Shown: one piece after another, positions 1 through 9,854 of the stretch
Numbering within the stretch: position 1 is the first letter of the stretch
How the letters are laid out: the number at the start of each line of letters is the position of its first letter
Assembly (NCBI GenBank): GCA_029932365.1
Contig: JAOZQG010000001.1
Coordinates: forward strand, 1 to 48,299
Source: a bacterium
GTDB lineage: Bacteria > 4484-113
DNA: 48,299 bases
Direction: 5' to 3'
Program-made: the position numbers and the translations under genes
Notes under the pieces: generated by a model
Databases searched by the model: none
What the model saw: the letters and a program-made list of their open reading frames with translations, nothing else
Told to the model about the DNA's origin: nothing

Positions 1-19
1 GCGATTCAGAAAGCTCTGT

Positions 20-739
20 GTGAGCCTTTGGAAATCGATGAAAACAAAGTTAATTTCAGGTGTAATGTTAGTTTTTCTGGCATCGGTATTGGTCGCTTCT
101 TTGGCAGCTTTTGCTGCATATGGGGCGACGATACAAAAAAGGACGGCACCAGAGTCAATTAGCGAAGTGGAACTACAATCCGCGCGGATCGCGCAGGCTC
201 TTGAGCTAACTGTCCTCCAGGATTACGGTGAGAAATTTGGTGTAGAGTTCGGTCTAGAGCCCGATTACGTAGCAGTCGTTCAGGTAACTAAAGATGAATC
301 ACTCACCATCCTTTCTATTCATGCACCAGTTACAAGTTATCGTGCACCAGTTCGGGTGGACACGGGAATGCTGCTATCCGGGATCGATCACATCTATCTC
401 AAAGAAGGGCGGGTGGTTGACCATAAGCTTCAGTTTCTCCGGCTCAAACAGACGCGGGGTTTGAACTTCGACATCAATGTGATAGATGAAAAAGGTGAAG
501 TCGCGGTAAGGGAACCTGAACTCAAGATAAGCACCTTAGAGGAGGAGAAACCTGAGAAGAGGAAGGTAAACATAAAGGTGTCCTTATCTTGGGACTCGGA
601 CGAGGGATTCGAAGCTGATTTGGTTATTACTATAGGGAAGATCAACATCCGCATAGATGTATCCGTAATGGATGCACCAGGAGAACCGGTACCAGGAGCA
701 GATATTTTCATAGAGCAGGGCGTGGATGATGAGCCGTAG
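20..739 (+). CDS. hypothetical membrane-anchored/secreted protein
   Basis: Track ORF (GTG start). N-terminal hydrophobic helix LISGVMLVFLASVLVASLAAFAAYG. No family motif recognised. Lies in visibly AT-richer DNA than the rest of the window. Confidence 0.5.
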   Translation: MSLWKSMKTKLISGVMLVFLASVLVASLAAFAAYGATIQKRTAPESISEVELQSARIAQALELTVLQDYGEKFGVEFGLEPDYVAVVQVTKDESLTILSIHAPVTSYRAPVRVDTGMLLSGIDHIYLKEGRVVDHKLQFLRLKQTRGLNFDINVIDEKGEVAVREPELKISTLEEEKPEKRKVNIKVSLSWDSDEGFEADLVITIGKINIRIDVSVMDAPGEPVPGADIFIEQGVDDEP

Positions 740-973
740 ACATATTTGTAGAGGCTCATAGATATTGACGGGAGGCTCCTGTGAGATTGTGTAGAGAGCA
801 CAAAAAGGAGTCTCCCCGCGTCGTCGTCATCGACACGTGGCGCGCGATGGCGGGCAAGCCCTCCGGCAACGCGCGGACCTTGGTGGCGGGTAAACGTCAA
901 CCCCTTCTACGCCAAGGCTATAGCGGGTGAACCAGCCATAGGCTGGAAACGTCAGAGAAGACGGCAAGGCGAG

Positions 974-1714
974 CTAATCCAGAGCGGTGTAATAAAGCTC
1001 GTCCAGGCGGTACCATCCTTCGGGGTGTTGCTCGTCAGTGCCGAAGCGCACCGGAATGCCCTCAGGTGAGAGCAGGAAATGCGTCGCCATTGCGCTTGCA
1101 GGGCCGACTTCGTCCACCACGTAGCTTCCGCAGGCCCGAGTGCCACTGAGGACCGCGATGTCCACAATCTCGTCTTCTAAGCGCGTGAGCGAGTGTTTGC
1201 CCTTGTACGGGAGCATTGACGGCAGCTCGAAGTTTACGACTTCGTAGTCGGCGCTGCCGCCGGATTGCAGCTTCAGGTTTTGAGTGACTATGGCGTTGAA
1301 CCAGGGGGAGCCGAAGTCTAGCTGGTAGCCGGGCTGGAGCGTCAGGCTGATCTCCTCCAGGCCGCCCAGCGCCACCCGGCAGCCCTGCAGCGCGTCCTCG
1401 CGGCAGATGTAGTGGGCGTAGCTCATGCTCGTGCCGTCGGCGACGAGGAGCGTAAGCGACCTAACGCGCCAGTCGGCAGTGAGATCGACGCTGGCAATCT
1501 GCCGGGTGGTGAGCTTGAGGTTAATCTGCAGCAGCATCGTGCCGTCGTCAAACGTCGTGAGCGACCATTCCTCCCAGCCCAGCTCGTCAGCCCCGTCGTG
1601 GATGGTGTAGACGCCGGAAACGGCGCGCGCCGCCGCCGACGCCGGGGCGGGGCAGGCGAGCAGTAATCCCGCGATCAAAGCTATCGCGCATATTAGCAGC
1701 CTAGTCATCGGCAA
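974..1714 (-). CDS. hypothetical lipoprotein/secreted protein
   Basis: Signal peptide with lipobox-like LLLAC (MPMTRLLICAIALIAGLLLAC). Overlaps the upstream gene by 14 nt (1701-1714), suggesting an operon. Confidence 0.6.
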   Translation of the reverse strand: MPMTRLLICAIALIAGLLLACPAPASAAARAVSGVYTIHDGADELGWEEWSLTTFDDGTMLLQINLKLTTRQIASVDLTADWRVRSLTLLVADGTSMSYAHYICREDALQGCRVALGGLEEISLTLQPGYQLDFGSPWFNAIVTQNLKLQSGGSADYEVVNFELPSMLPYKGKHSLTRLEDEIVDIAVLSGTRACGSYVVDEVGPASAMATHFLLSPEGIPVRFGTDEQHPEGWYRLDELYYTALD

Positions 1715-3062
1715 GTTCCTCCCACCAGAAATCGTCAGGCGTGCGCCGAAAGCGCGGTTTGCGGTCCGCCTCCACGGCGCGGAGCAGCTCGTAGACGTTG
1801 CCGCAGTCGCTTACGGTGAGTTCTTCGCGTGCCAGGGCGTAAAGGTCGGGTGCAGCCACCTGCTTCAGCGCCAGGAGAAACAGGCAGATGCAGCGCTCGC
1901 AGGCGTCGGCGTAGAGCGGGCCGACGCGGATGCGCGTGTCGGCGATGCGGGCGAAGACGGAGCGCGCCAGCTCCCGGCCCCGTCGGCGGCGCTGGAGACT
2001 GGCCGCGGTTTCGTCCAGGTCGAAACCTATGACCTGCAACACTTCGTCCGGCCGCTCATGGTGCAGATTGGCGGCTATCAGCAGCTCGGCGCGCGGAAGC
2101 TCGGCGTGCCACTGGGGTGGAATAGCCCAGGCTTCGCCCGGGAAGTCACCGGCATACCATCCGTGCGCCAGGGCGAGCAACGGCTCGAAGCGCTCGTCGG
2201 CGCTTCCACCGGTGGGCAGGCCGGAAGCGGAAGCGAGAAAGGCGTGCAGGGCAAACGTATCCGGCGACGCGTAATTCTCCGGCGCAGTGGGCGGCAGGTC
2301 GCGGGGGGTTAGCTTACCGCCACCCGCGAAGTGCACCAGCGCTTTGGCCAGCGCGGCTTCGGCCGAGGATTCGCCACCATATGCTTCGGGCGCATCGCGC
2401 ACCAGAGCGAATGCGGCGGCGGGGCCTTCCAGGAGCGCTTCGACGAACACCCGCGCGATATATAGCCTGCGGTCGCCCCGCGCCCGTCCGCGCACATCTT
2501 CGTAAGTGCGCATGGCTTCTGCGAGCTGTCCCGCAGCTTGATGATGAAGCATTAGATAAATACCCGCGCTGATTGCGGACTCCCTGAGCGAATCGCGCTC
2601 GGCTTCCTGCTTCGCATGGCGGGACGTCAGCTCCTCCAGGGCCTTGCGCTTTACCCTTACGGCAGACTGCGCTTCCTTGTAGGCTTTGGTGGAGCGCTCC
2701 AGGGCGGACTCCAGAGCATCGTGGCGTTTCTCGTAATCCCGCAGCTTCTGCGTGGGCACTGAAAACAGGCCGAATAGCTTTCGGGCTTCGGGCCGGGGGG
2801 TGTCGCCTTCAAAAATCTTCAGGTCGGCTTCGTCCCGCTCGCGCAGCCGCCGCGACTTGCTCAAGCGTTCCTGCGCGATGGCCAGGTCTTCGGAAGCGGA
2901 GCTGCGCGCTTTTAAAAGCTCGGTTGTGCGCGACGCCGCCAGGTCGCTACGCCGGGCCAGCACGAGGTAATCTTCCGGCTGCATTCCGGCTCCATAGATG
3001 TGCGCCAGGACTGACCGCAGGAATCCTGCTTGATGTAGCCGCGGCGCAAATGGCAGAGCCAT
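1701..3062 (-). CDS. hypothetical helical protein, function unknown
   Basis: 453-aa ORF with Arg/Glu/Ala-rich coiled-coil-like N-terminal third. No catalytic motif recognised. Divergent from rsmG. Confidence 0.6.
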   Translation of the reverse strand: MALPFAPRLHQAGFLRSVLAHIYGAGMQPEDYLVLARRSDLAASRTTELLKARSSASEDLAIAQERLSKSRRLRERDEADLKIFEGDTPRPEARKLFGLFSVPTQKLRDYEKRHDALESALERSTKAYKEAQSAVRVKRKALEELTSRHAKQEAERDSLRESAISAGIYLMLHHQAAGQLAEAMRTYEDVRGRARGDRRLYIARVFVEALLEGPAAAFALVRDAPEAYGGESSAEAALAKALVHFAGGGKLTPRDLPPTAPENYASPDTFALHAFLASASGLPTGGSADERFEPLLALAHGWYAGDFPGEAWAIPPQWHAELPRAELLIAANLHHERPDEVLQVIGFDLDETAASLQRRRRGRELARSVFARIADTRIRVGPLYADACERCICLFLLALKQVAAPDLYALAREELTVSDCGNVYELLRAVEADRKPRFRRTPDDFWWEELADD

Positions 3063-3121
3063 CGGGGAGATTCTAGCATCAGCGCATTCGAGCAGCAGCT
3101 ACGCTGTGGTATTATCGGGCT

Positions 3122-3772
3122 GTGAACGTTCGCAAGGCCGGCATCGCGCCCACCGCAATTGACGTGGATTCCATCTGGAACGCGCTTGACGATGCGGCTC
3201 GCGAACGGCTGGAGCGTTTTGCGCAGCTAATCGCATCTTACCGCGATGCGGCTCGGCTTACAGGGCTGGAATCGCCTGCGGATGTGCGTGGAGTGCTCGT
3301 GCGCGAGTCTTTAGCGCTTGCGCCGTTTATCAGCGAGCTTGCGCCGGAAGAGGTGGCGGACCTGGGCTCGGGCGCGGGAGTGCCGGGGATTCCACTGGCG
3401 GTGGCGCTGCCGGAGATTAGCTTCACGCTGTTTGAGCGCTCCGAGCGCAAAGGGAGCTTCCTGGAAATCGCCGTGAGCACGCTGAAGCTATCCAACGTGC
3501 GGGTGGCGGCGCGCGATCCTCTCGCCGAGCGGGAGCCAAAGCGCTATCCCTGCGTAACGCTCAGGTCTGTGGCACCGCCTGGTAGGTTAACACAGATAGC
3601 CGATAAGCTGATGGCTCCCGGCGGTCGGCTGATGGGCTTTGCCTCGGTGGAAGCGGGGCAAAAGCTGGGCGGCGATGTCGCGCCGAAGCTGCGCGTAGAG
3701 CATCTCGGCGAGTATCGGGGAACGAGCGGCAAAAGCTTCGTGTATTCGCTTGCTGCGGGAGAGCGGGCTTGA
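3122..3772 (+). CDS. rsmG: 16S rRNA (guanine527-N7)-methyltransferase RsmG (GidB)
   Basis: SAM-binding motif DLGSGAGVPGIPLAVA plus the typical RsmG context (SLALAPFI..., FTLFERSERKGSFL). Followed by parA, as in the classic gid-par locus. Confidence 0.85.
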   Translation: MNVRKAGIAPTAIDVDSIWNALDDAARERLERFAQLIASYRDAARLTGLESPADVRGVLVRESLALAPFISELAPEEVADLGSGAGVPGIPLAVALPEISFTLFERSERKGSFLEIAVSTLKLSNVRVAARDPLAEREPKRYPCVTLRSVAPPGRLTQIADKLMAPGGRLMGFASVEAGQKLGGDVAPKLRVEHLGEYRGTSGKSFVYSLAAGERA

Positions 3773-3773
3773 A

Positions 3774-4556
3774 ATGCCGGTAATCGCGGTTGCCAACGAG
3801 AAAGGCGGCGTGGGCAAAACCACGACCTGCATCAACCTCGCCGCTGCGCTGGCGTCGGCGCGGATAAAGGTGCTGCTCATAGATATGGACCCGCAGGCCC
3901 ACGCTTCCGACGGCCTGGGCATTCCCGAAAACGACCGCTCTTTCACCGTGGCCGAGCTGATGATGGAGCAGTGCGACCTGGCGGAAGCGGTACGCCCGAC
4001 CTCCCAGCACGACCTGAGCATTGTTCCCGCGGGGCCGAAGCTGGTGGGATTTGAGCTTTCACCGCCCGCGGGCCGGGAAAGCCGGTATCTGCTCAAGCGG
4101 GTGGTTGAGGGCTGCCGGCGCAACTACAAGATAATAGTGCTCGACGCGCCGCCCTCTCTTTCGCTGCTCACGCTAAACTGCCTTATCGCGGCGGACAGCC
4201 TGATAATCCCGGTGCAGGCGGAGTACCTCGCCCTCGCCGGTCTGGTCAGGATGGCGCGGCTGGTGGAGACCGTGCGCGCCGACTACAATCCGGAGCTCAG
4301 GGTGCTGGGCGTGCTGATAACCATGTTCGACCGCCGCACGCGCCTGGCACACGAAGTCGAAAGCGAGATCCGGGACAACTTCCAGGGGCCGGTCTTCCGA
4401 ACACTCATACCGCGAAGCGTTCGCGTCGCCGAGGCGCCGTCGTTCGGCATGCCGGTTTCGCAGTACGCCAAGGGTTCTCCAGCGGCAATAGCCTACCAGC
4501 AACTGGCGCAGGAAGTCGCACGGGCGATTAGGGAAGAACGCAGCGAAACCGAATAA
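3774..4556 (+). CDS. parA: ParA/Soj-family chromosome partitioning ATPase
   Basis: Deviant Walker A (VIAVANEKGGVGKTTTCINLAAALA), DMDPQAHAS, and the ParA-typical IPRSVRVAEAPSFGMPV. I chose the ATG at 3774, 1 nt after the rsmG stop; the track ORF opens at 3750. Confidence 0.9.
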   Translation: MPVIAVANEKGGVGKTTTCINLAAALASARIKVLLIDMDPQAHASDGLGIPENDRSFTVAELMMEQCDLAEAVRPTSQHDLSIVPAGPKLVGFELSPPAGRESRYLLKRVVEGCRRNYKIIVLDAPPSLSLLTLNCLIAADSLIIPVQAEYLALAGLVRMARLVETVRADYNPELRVLGVLITMFDRRTRLAHEVESEIRDNFQGPVFRTLIPRSVRVAEAPSFGMPVSQYAKGSPAAIAYQQLAQEVARAIREERSETE

Positions 4557-4576
4557 ATAATCCGAGAGCTGCAGGT

Positions 4577-5461
4577 TTAGCCGATTGAGCGCCCAAGGGC
4601 GTTGGCCAGAGCTGTTATGTCTTCCATCATTGCGCTGAAGCACCCGGGCGAAAGCGACTGGGCGCCGTCGGACAGAGCCTTTTCGGGATGCGGGTGCACC
4701 TCCACGATAACGCCGTCGGCTCCCAATGCGAGCGCGGCGCGAACCGCCGCCGGAATGAAGCGCGGCGTACCCACCGAATGGCTGGGATCGAGGATGACCG
4801 GCAGGTGGGTTACGCTCTGGAGGATGGGCACGGCCATAAGGTCTAGCGTGTTGCGCTGCGAGGGATCAAAGGTGCGGATGCCGCGTTCGCAGAGGATGAC
4901 GCGCGGATTGCCCGCCTTCATGATGTGCTCCGCGGCCAGCAGAAGCTCGCGCAGCGTGTTGCCGAAGCCGCGCTTGAGCAGCACGGGTTTGCCAATGCCA
5001 CCCACCGCGCGCAGCAGTGGGAAGTTCTGCATGTTCCGGCTGCCGACCTGGACGATATCGGCGACGGGCACGACCGCGTCTATATCCTCTGTGCTCATCA
5101 GCTCGGTTACGCTGAGCACGCCGGTTTCTCCTTTCACGCGGGCGATGATGTCGAGCCCTTCCTGATGCAGGCCGTCGAAGGAGTAAGGGGAGGTGCGGGG
5201 CTTGAATGCGCCTCCGCGCATAAGCTTCAGGCCGTGCTTGACCAGGAGACCGGCCATTTCCGCGAACTGTTCGTAGCTCTCCACCGCGCAGGGGCCGGCA
5301 ATAACGGTGAAGCCGCCGTCTCCGATGCTCGCGCCTTCCAGCTCAATTAGCGTTTTGGGCCGCTCGGCGCTGCGTCCCGCGAGAGGATAAGCCTCCGGAT
5401 TCAGCAGATCTGCCAGCGGGAACTCCCGGCCTGAGATTTCGCCCGGACTACGACTCATCAT
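4577..5461 (-). CDS. aroF: 3-deoxy-7-phosphoheptulonate (DAHP) synthase, type I-beta
   Basis: VIAGPCAVES...LMRGGAFKPRTSPYSFDGL...VQVGSRNMQNFPLL...ILCERGIRTF...DPSH...VEVHPHPEKALSDG. Reads as collinear, from memory, with Thermotoga/Bacillus-type DAHP synthases. Confidence 0.9.
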   Translation of the reverse strand: MMSRSPGEISGREFPLADLLNPEAYPLAGRSAERPKTLIELEGASIGDGGFTVIAGPCAVESYEQFAEMAGLLVKHGLKLMRGGAFKPRTSPYSFDGLHQEGLDIIARVKGETGVLSVTELMSTEDIDAVVPVADIVQVGSRNMQNFPLLRAVGGIGKPVLLKRGFGNTLRELLLAAEHIMKAGNPRVILCERGIRTFDPSQRNTLDLMAVPILQSVTHLPVILDPSHSVGTPRFIPAAVRAALALGADGVIVEVHPHPEKALSDGAQSLSPGCFSAMMEDITALANALGRSIG

Positions 5462-6623
5462 CGTCGAGCGGGGATTCTAGCACGGGGACTGCCTGCCGGA
5501 ATACACGTGCGGCCGCCCGGGTGAAGGTCTCTTCATCCACCTGCGCCAGCTCCACTTTTCCCGGACCCAGCGGCAGAACGAATGTGGCGCGGCCCTCACT
5601 AACCTTCTTGTCGCTGCCGATAGAGCCCCAGAGCAGGCGGGCGAGATGCTCCGCGTCCTGCACCATCAAGGGCGTAAAGGCGCAGGCAGTCAGCATTTCC
5701 TCAATCACGGAAGGCGTGCGCTTGCGCAGACTACCCAGTTCACGCGCTATTTCCATGGCCACAAGTATGCCGTTGCCTACCGCGTTTCCGTGGCTTATCC
5801 GCCCGCCGTAGACCGCTTCCAGGGCGTGGCCGGTCGTGTGACCCAGATTGAGATGGGCCCGCTTGCCCAGGTCCAGCAGGTCGTCGCGGATGTACGGCGA
5901 CTTGATGCGCAGAGCCGCGAGGATAAGCCGGCTGGCGGCTTCCTGGTCGCCCTCAAACACTTTGGAAGCGTTGTGGATGGCGGCGTCCAGCTCGCGCGTG
6001 CCCGAAAGAAAGGCCATCTTCATCGACTCGATGAGGCCGTCACGCAGGTGCTCTTCGGTCAGCGTAGAAAGGAAGTCCAGACTGAGCAGCGTCAGCACCG
6101 GCAGGTGGAAGGTCCCGAGCTGGTTCTTGCTGCCCAGGAAATTCACCGCGGTTTTGCCCCCCAGTGTGGCGTCCACCATCGCGAGCAGCGTTGTGGGAAC
6201 GTGCACAATGGGCAATCCCCGGTGATAGAGGCTCGCGATGAACCCGGCCGTGTCGAGCAGCGCCCCTCCACCGACGGCGATAATGTAGTGGTCGTTGCGG
6301 GTGGCGCCCATCTTCGCCAGTGAGCGCATCGTGGTCTCGGCGGTGGGCAGCGTCTTGGACTTTTCCCCCACCGGTAGCAGCAGCATTGCGGCTTCCTTAA
6401 GGATGGGGGCGGATTCCAGTTGCTCCTCCCACAGCGAGTGGACGCGCTTGTCCACCAGCACGACCGCCTGACGATTGCCGAGTGCTTTGGCGGCGGGCGA
6501 GGTCTGCGTCAGGCCCCGGGACGTGAGTTTGGCCAGGTTGCAGAAGTAAACTTCTTGAGTCGCCTTTTGCGATGTGTTAACGCTCAGGGCGGAAGTAGGT
6601 TTTGTTTTAGCTTTTGAAGGCAT
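5448..6623 (-). CDS. aroB: 3-dehydroquinate synthase
   Basis: IAVGGGALLDTAGFIASLYHRGLPIVHVPTTLLAMVDATLGGKTAVNF and NLGHTTGHALE motifs. 14-nt overlap with aroF. Confidence 0.9.
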   Translation of the reverse strand: MPSKAKTKPTSALSVNTSQKATQEVYFCNLAKLTSRGLTQTSPAAKALGNRQAVVLVDKRVHSLWEEQLESAPILKEAAMLLLPVGEKSKTLPTAETTMRSLAKMGATRNDHYIIAVGGGALLDTAGFIASLYHRGLPIVHVPTTLLAMVDATLGGKTAVNFLGSKNQLGTFHLPVLTLLSLDFLSTLTEEHLRDGLIESMKMAFLSGTRELDAAIHNASKVFEGDQEAASRLILAALRIKSPYIRDDLLDLGKRAHLNLGHTTGHALEAVYGGRISHGNAVGNGILVAMEIARELGSLRKRTPSVIEEMLTACAFTPLMVQDAEHLARLLWGSIGSDKKVSEGRATFVLPLGPGKVELAQVDEETFTRAAARVFRQAVPVLESPLDDDES

Positions 6624-7140
6624 GATAGATTACCTTGGCAATTGAGATAGGTGAAAAACCGTTGGCGTATACCTCAAGGTGCGCCTGACGGTAACGGGGC
6701 TCGCGCTCGGCCAGCAGTTTCCTGAGCCCTTCCTTGCCGCAGCTCTCGATGAGCGGGCGATGCTTTCCGTTTTGGCTGATACGGGCGTAGAGCGTTTCAA
6801 ACGGACAGCGCAAGTAGGCCGTGAAGCCGTAAACGTTGAGTTCCTTAAATACCCGATCGTTCATCAGCGTGCCACCACCGGTCGCAACCACGAGATTGCG
6901 CAGCATCGCAAGCTCTAGCGCGACTTCCGCTTCCCACTCGCGGAACCGGTCTTCCCCGTAGCGCTCAAAGACGGCGGCGATACTCATGCCGTGTCGGCGA
7001 GCGACTTCGCGGTCCGTATCGACCAGCTCGCGGTCGAGCATGCGCGCGAGTTCGCGGCCAATGGTGGTCTTGCCGGAACCCATAAAACCCGCAAGGATTA
7101 TGTTGCGGGCAGGACCTGCATTCTCCGCTGGCTGAAGCAT
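6607..7140 (-). CDS. aroK: shikimate kinase
   Basis: P-loop GFMGSGKTTIGRELA, DTD, and GEDRFREWE...VVATGGG motifs. 17-nt overlap with aroB. Confidence 0.9.
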   Translation of the reverse strand: MLQPAENAGPARNIILAGFMGSGKTTIGRELARMLDRELVDTDREVARRHGMSIAAVFERYGEDRFREWEAEVALELAMLRNLVVATGGGTLMNDRVFKELNVYGFTAYLRCPFETLYARISQNGKHRPLIESCGKEGLRKLLAEREPRYRQAHLEVYANGFSPISIAKVIYHAFKS

Positions 7141-7242
7141 AGCCGGCGTATATTATAAACCCTACACCAATTTCCGGAAAGCCCCGGCCAGTAAACGCCG
7201 GTTTTGGGCCAGGGCAATCGGGATAAACGGGCGGTAAAGGAG

Positions 7243-8463
7243 CTAGCCCTGGAACTCGCGGCGCTTCTCGCAGAGCTCAAGCAGCCCCTGGAACTGCTTG
7301 CGGCGGCTGGGATGCTTCAGCTTCTTGATGGCCTTCATCTCAATCTGCCGGATGCGCTCGCGGGTCACGTTAAACTGCCGGCCGACTTCCTCCAGCGTCC
7401 GCGGGTGGCCGTCGTCCAGGCCGTAGCGCAACCGGATGACCGCTTCCTCGCGCTGGGAGAGAGTTTGCAGTATCCGGTCTATCTTCCCGCACGTAAGGCT
7501 GAACAACGTCTCGCTTTCGGGATTGGGCACCTTCTTGTTTTCCTGGAAGTCCTGGAACTGGCTGTCCTTATCGCTGCCGATGGGTTTTTCCAGCGATATG
7601 GGCTTCTGGGCCACGCGCAGAATGTCGCGCACCTTATCCTCCGAGATATCCAGCTCGTCCGCAATTTCGGGATTGGTGGGCTCGCGCCCCTCGCGCTGCT
7701 GAATGGTCTTGCTGGCGCGCGAGAGCTTGGTTATCGTCTCCACCATATGCACCGGCTTGCGGATTAGCTCCGCCTGGTCGGCCAGGGCCCGCGAGATGGC
7801 CTGGCGGATCCACCAGGTAGCGTAGGTGGACAGCTTGAATCCGCGCTCCAGGTCAAACTTCTCCACGGCGCGGATCAGGCCCATATTGCCCTCCTGGATG
7901 AGGTCCAGGAAGCTCATACCGCGGTTGAGGTATTTCTTGGCGATGCTGACCACGAGCCTGAGGTTGGCCTCAATCAGGCGCTGCTTGGCACCGTCCACCC
8001 CGTCGCGGTACTGCCGGGCGTAGTACTGCTCCTCTTCCTTGGTAAGCAGGGGGATCTGCCCGATGGTTTTAAGGTACATCTTCACGGAGTCGTCAAGCCG
8101 CATGCTTTCCGCCGCGCCAATCTCTTCTTTGGTGAAGCCGGCCTCCTCGGCCTGGAGCAGCTCCCGGTGATTGTCTATGACCTTGCCGGTTTCGTCCATT
8201 ACCGGGATATTCTTGCTCTGCAGGTCGTCCAGCAGCACCTCTATATCCTCGTCCGTCAGGTTCTCGTCCCGCGCCACCAGGTCACCCAGCTCCTTGGTGG
8301 TGATCATCCCTTTGCGAAAAGCTATGTCGTAGATCTGCTCGTAAACCTCGTCCGAGAAGTGCGTGTCGCTCTTCGGGCGCGGGCGCGCGTTTTTCGCGTT
8401 GAGAGGAACCCTCTCACGCGACGGTTTTCTATTCTGCTTTGGCTCCGTGGATTTGGTAGTCAT
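7243..8463 (-). CDS. rpoD: primary RNA polymerase sigma-70 factor
   Basis: Regions 1.2-4.2 are recognisable: [83 protein letters not shown]. Confidence 0.95.
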   Translation of the reverse strand: MTTKSTEPKQNRKPSRERVPLNAKNARPRPKSDTHFSDEVYEQIYDIAFRKGMITTKELGDLVARDENLTDEDIEVLLDDLQSKNIPVMDETGKVIDNHRELLQAEEAGFTKEEIGAAESMRLDDSVKMYLKTIGQIPLLTKEEEQYYARQYRDGVDGAKQRLIEANLRLVVSIAKKYLNRGMSFLDLIQEGNMGLIRAVEKFDLERGFKLSTYATWWIRQAISRALADQAELIRKPVHMVETITKLSRASKTIQQREGREPTNPEIADELDISEDKVRDILRVAQKPISLEKPIGSDKDSQFQDFQENKKVPNPESETLFSLTCGKIDRILQTLSQREEAVIRLRYGLDDGHPRTLEEVGRQFNVTRERIRQIEMKAIKKLKHPSRRKQFQGLLELCEKRREFQG

Positions 8464-8681
8464 AGGCAGCTCTTTTTGCTCCGCGATTTCATGCGGACAG
8501 AATTAACCCGACACAGATGGCAGGCTCTAGAGTATACCCGCGAAATAGCCTCTTTTCAACATAATTCGCGGGATTATATACCTGGCGCCTTCGGGGAATA
8601 TTGAATTATAGGCATTGAAGCGGGTATCGCACTTGTTTGACCGAATAGCCTTGCCCGAAAAGACGTGCTAGCATTCGGGGC

Positions 8682-9854
8682 GTGCCGGTGAGAAAGCGCT
8701 ATCAACCGGCGGTTGCATTCCTTTTGCTGGCGGCGGCGGCCGCAATATTGCTCACCGTGACCTGGCCGGAGCGCGATAGGCAAAAGCCGCAGCTTGCGCG
8801 CGAAACTGCGGGCTATGATACCGAGGTGCGGGGCTGGCTACAGCGGCTGGTAGGGCTGAAGCGCGATGGCATGGCGGAGCTTTCCTGGGAGCAGCGCGAG
8901 GAGCTAAGGGCTATCGTCAGCCGCTCCGGACTGGCGTCCGACCAGCGGGCGACTCTCGCGTTCTGGATGATAATCCGGCGGGTGAGAGTGCCGGATCCCG
9001 TGCTGGACGCGCTGGCGGCGGACGAATTTTTCGTCGCGCAGTCCGACGACCGCTGGCTGTTCACGCTGGGGCGCATCTCGCTGTTCCGCGCACAGCCCTA
9101 CTCGCCCCATCAAGATACCGAACGGCAGTTGCGGTTGGCGCAGAAGCTGTTCGGACATGCCTGCGCCGAAAACGAGAGTCCTGCGTTCTACTGGCTCTAC
9201 CGCGCCGTAGTGCTGCATTACCTGCGAGCCATAGAGCTTCGCCGGGGGGACGAGGCGGCAGCGGATGAATCCCTTGAAGCGCTGGTGGCTGCGGTGGATG
9301 CCTTCATTAAAGCTGATGAAAGGCGGATGCTTCTGCCGCCGCCGTACCTGAGATTCGCCGGAAGTGTGCTGGGAATGCCGCCTGAGATGCCCCTCGGCGA
9401 CGGCTCCAACCTTCCCTGGGCGCCGCGATTGCCCTTTGCGCTGCTTATCGGCTCTGACCTGCGCAGTGACCTGCGCGCCGATTTTGCTGAAGGAGTTTCT
9501 TGGGAGAAGCTCGCGCGGCTGATGCGTTTCTACCGGCAGGCGCTTCTGCTGGAGCCGCCGGCCGAACAGACGTTCGACTTCACCGCAGCCGAGCTGGCGG
9601 CGTTTTTGCTAGACGACCTTCCCGAGGCGGCGCCGGAGTTCGCGCAGAAGGTCACCGGCGAAGCCGCTGTTGTCGCCGAGCTGCTGGAGGAGTTGCGGGA
9701 CGTTGTAGGATACGCCGAAGCCAATCCAATCTACGTGGGCACCAACCTGGCGGCTTACCACGAAAACAGGCGGCTTAGCTTCCGCGGCGACTTCCGCGCC
9801 ATAATAGACGCGATTTTGCGAAAACTGGACGGCATTATGGGTAATACAGTGTGA
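8682..9854 (+). CDS. hypothetical membrane-anchored protein
   Basis: GTG start with N-terminal TM helix AVAFLLLAAAAAILLTV. Its stop overlaps the next start (GTGATG at 9851-9854). Weak paralogy to the next ORF. Confidence 0.55.
   Translation: MPVRKRYQPAVAFLLLAAAAAILLTVTWPERDRQKPQLARETAGYDTEVRGWLQRLVGLKRDGMAELSWEQREELRAIVSRSGLASDQRATLAFWMIIRRVRVPDPVLDALAADEFFVAQSDDRWLFTLGRISLFRAQPYSPHQDTERQLRLAQKLFGHACAENESPAFYWLYRAVVLHYLRAIELRRGDEAAADESLEALVAAVDAFIKADERRMLLPPPYLRFAGSVLGMPPEMPLGDGSNLPWAPRLPFALLIGSDLRSDLRADFAEGVSWEKLARLMRFYRQALLLEPPAEQTFDFTAAELAAFLLDDLPEAAPEFAQKVTGEAAVVAELLEELRDVVGYAEANPIYVGTNLAAYHENRRLSFRGDFRAIIDAILRKLDGIMGNTV

Noticed and set aside
770-816. Inverted repeat GGGAGGCTCCT / AGGAGTCTCCC after the first ORF, considered as a terminator.
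   Set aside because: The loop is 25 nt and no T-run follows, so it does not fit a rho-independent terminator. Kept only as a note under the compositional-break finding.
430-900. 156-aa minus-strand ORF overlapping the end of ORF 20..739.
   Set aside because: Mostly antisense to the better-supported plus-strand ORF, low-complexity Ser/Arg-rich translation, no start context.
3108-3124. TGgTATTAT extended -10-like element ending 7 nt before the rsmG GTG, suggesting a leaderless rsmG mRNA.
   Set aside because: Leaderless initiation on GTG is unusual and there is no supporting -35. It could be coincidence in a short 59-nt divergent intergenic region.
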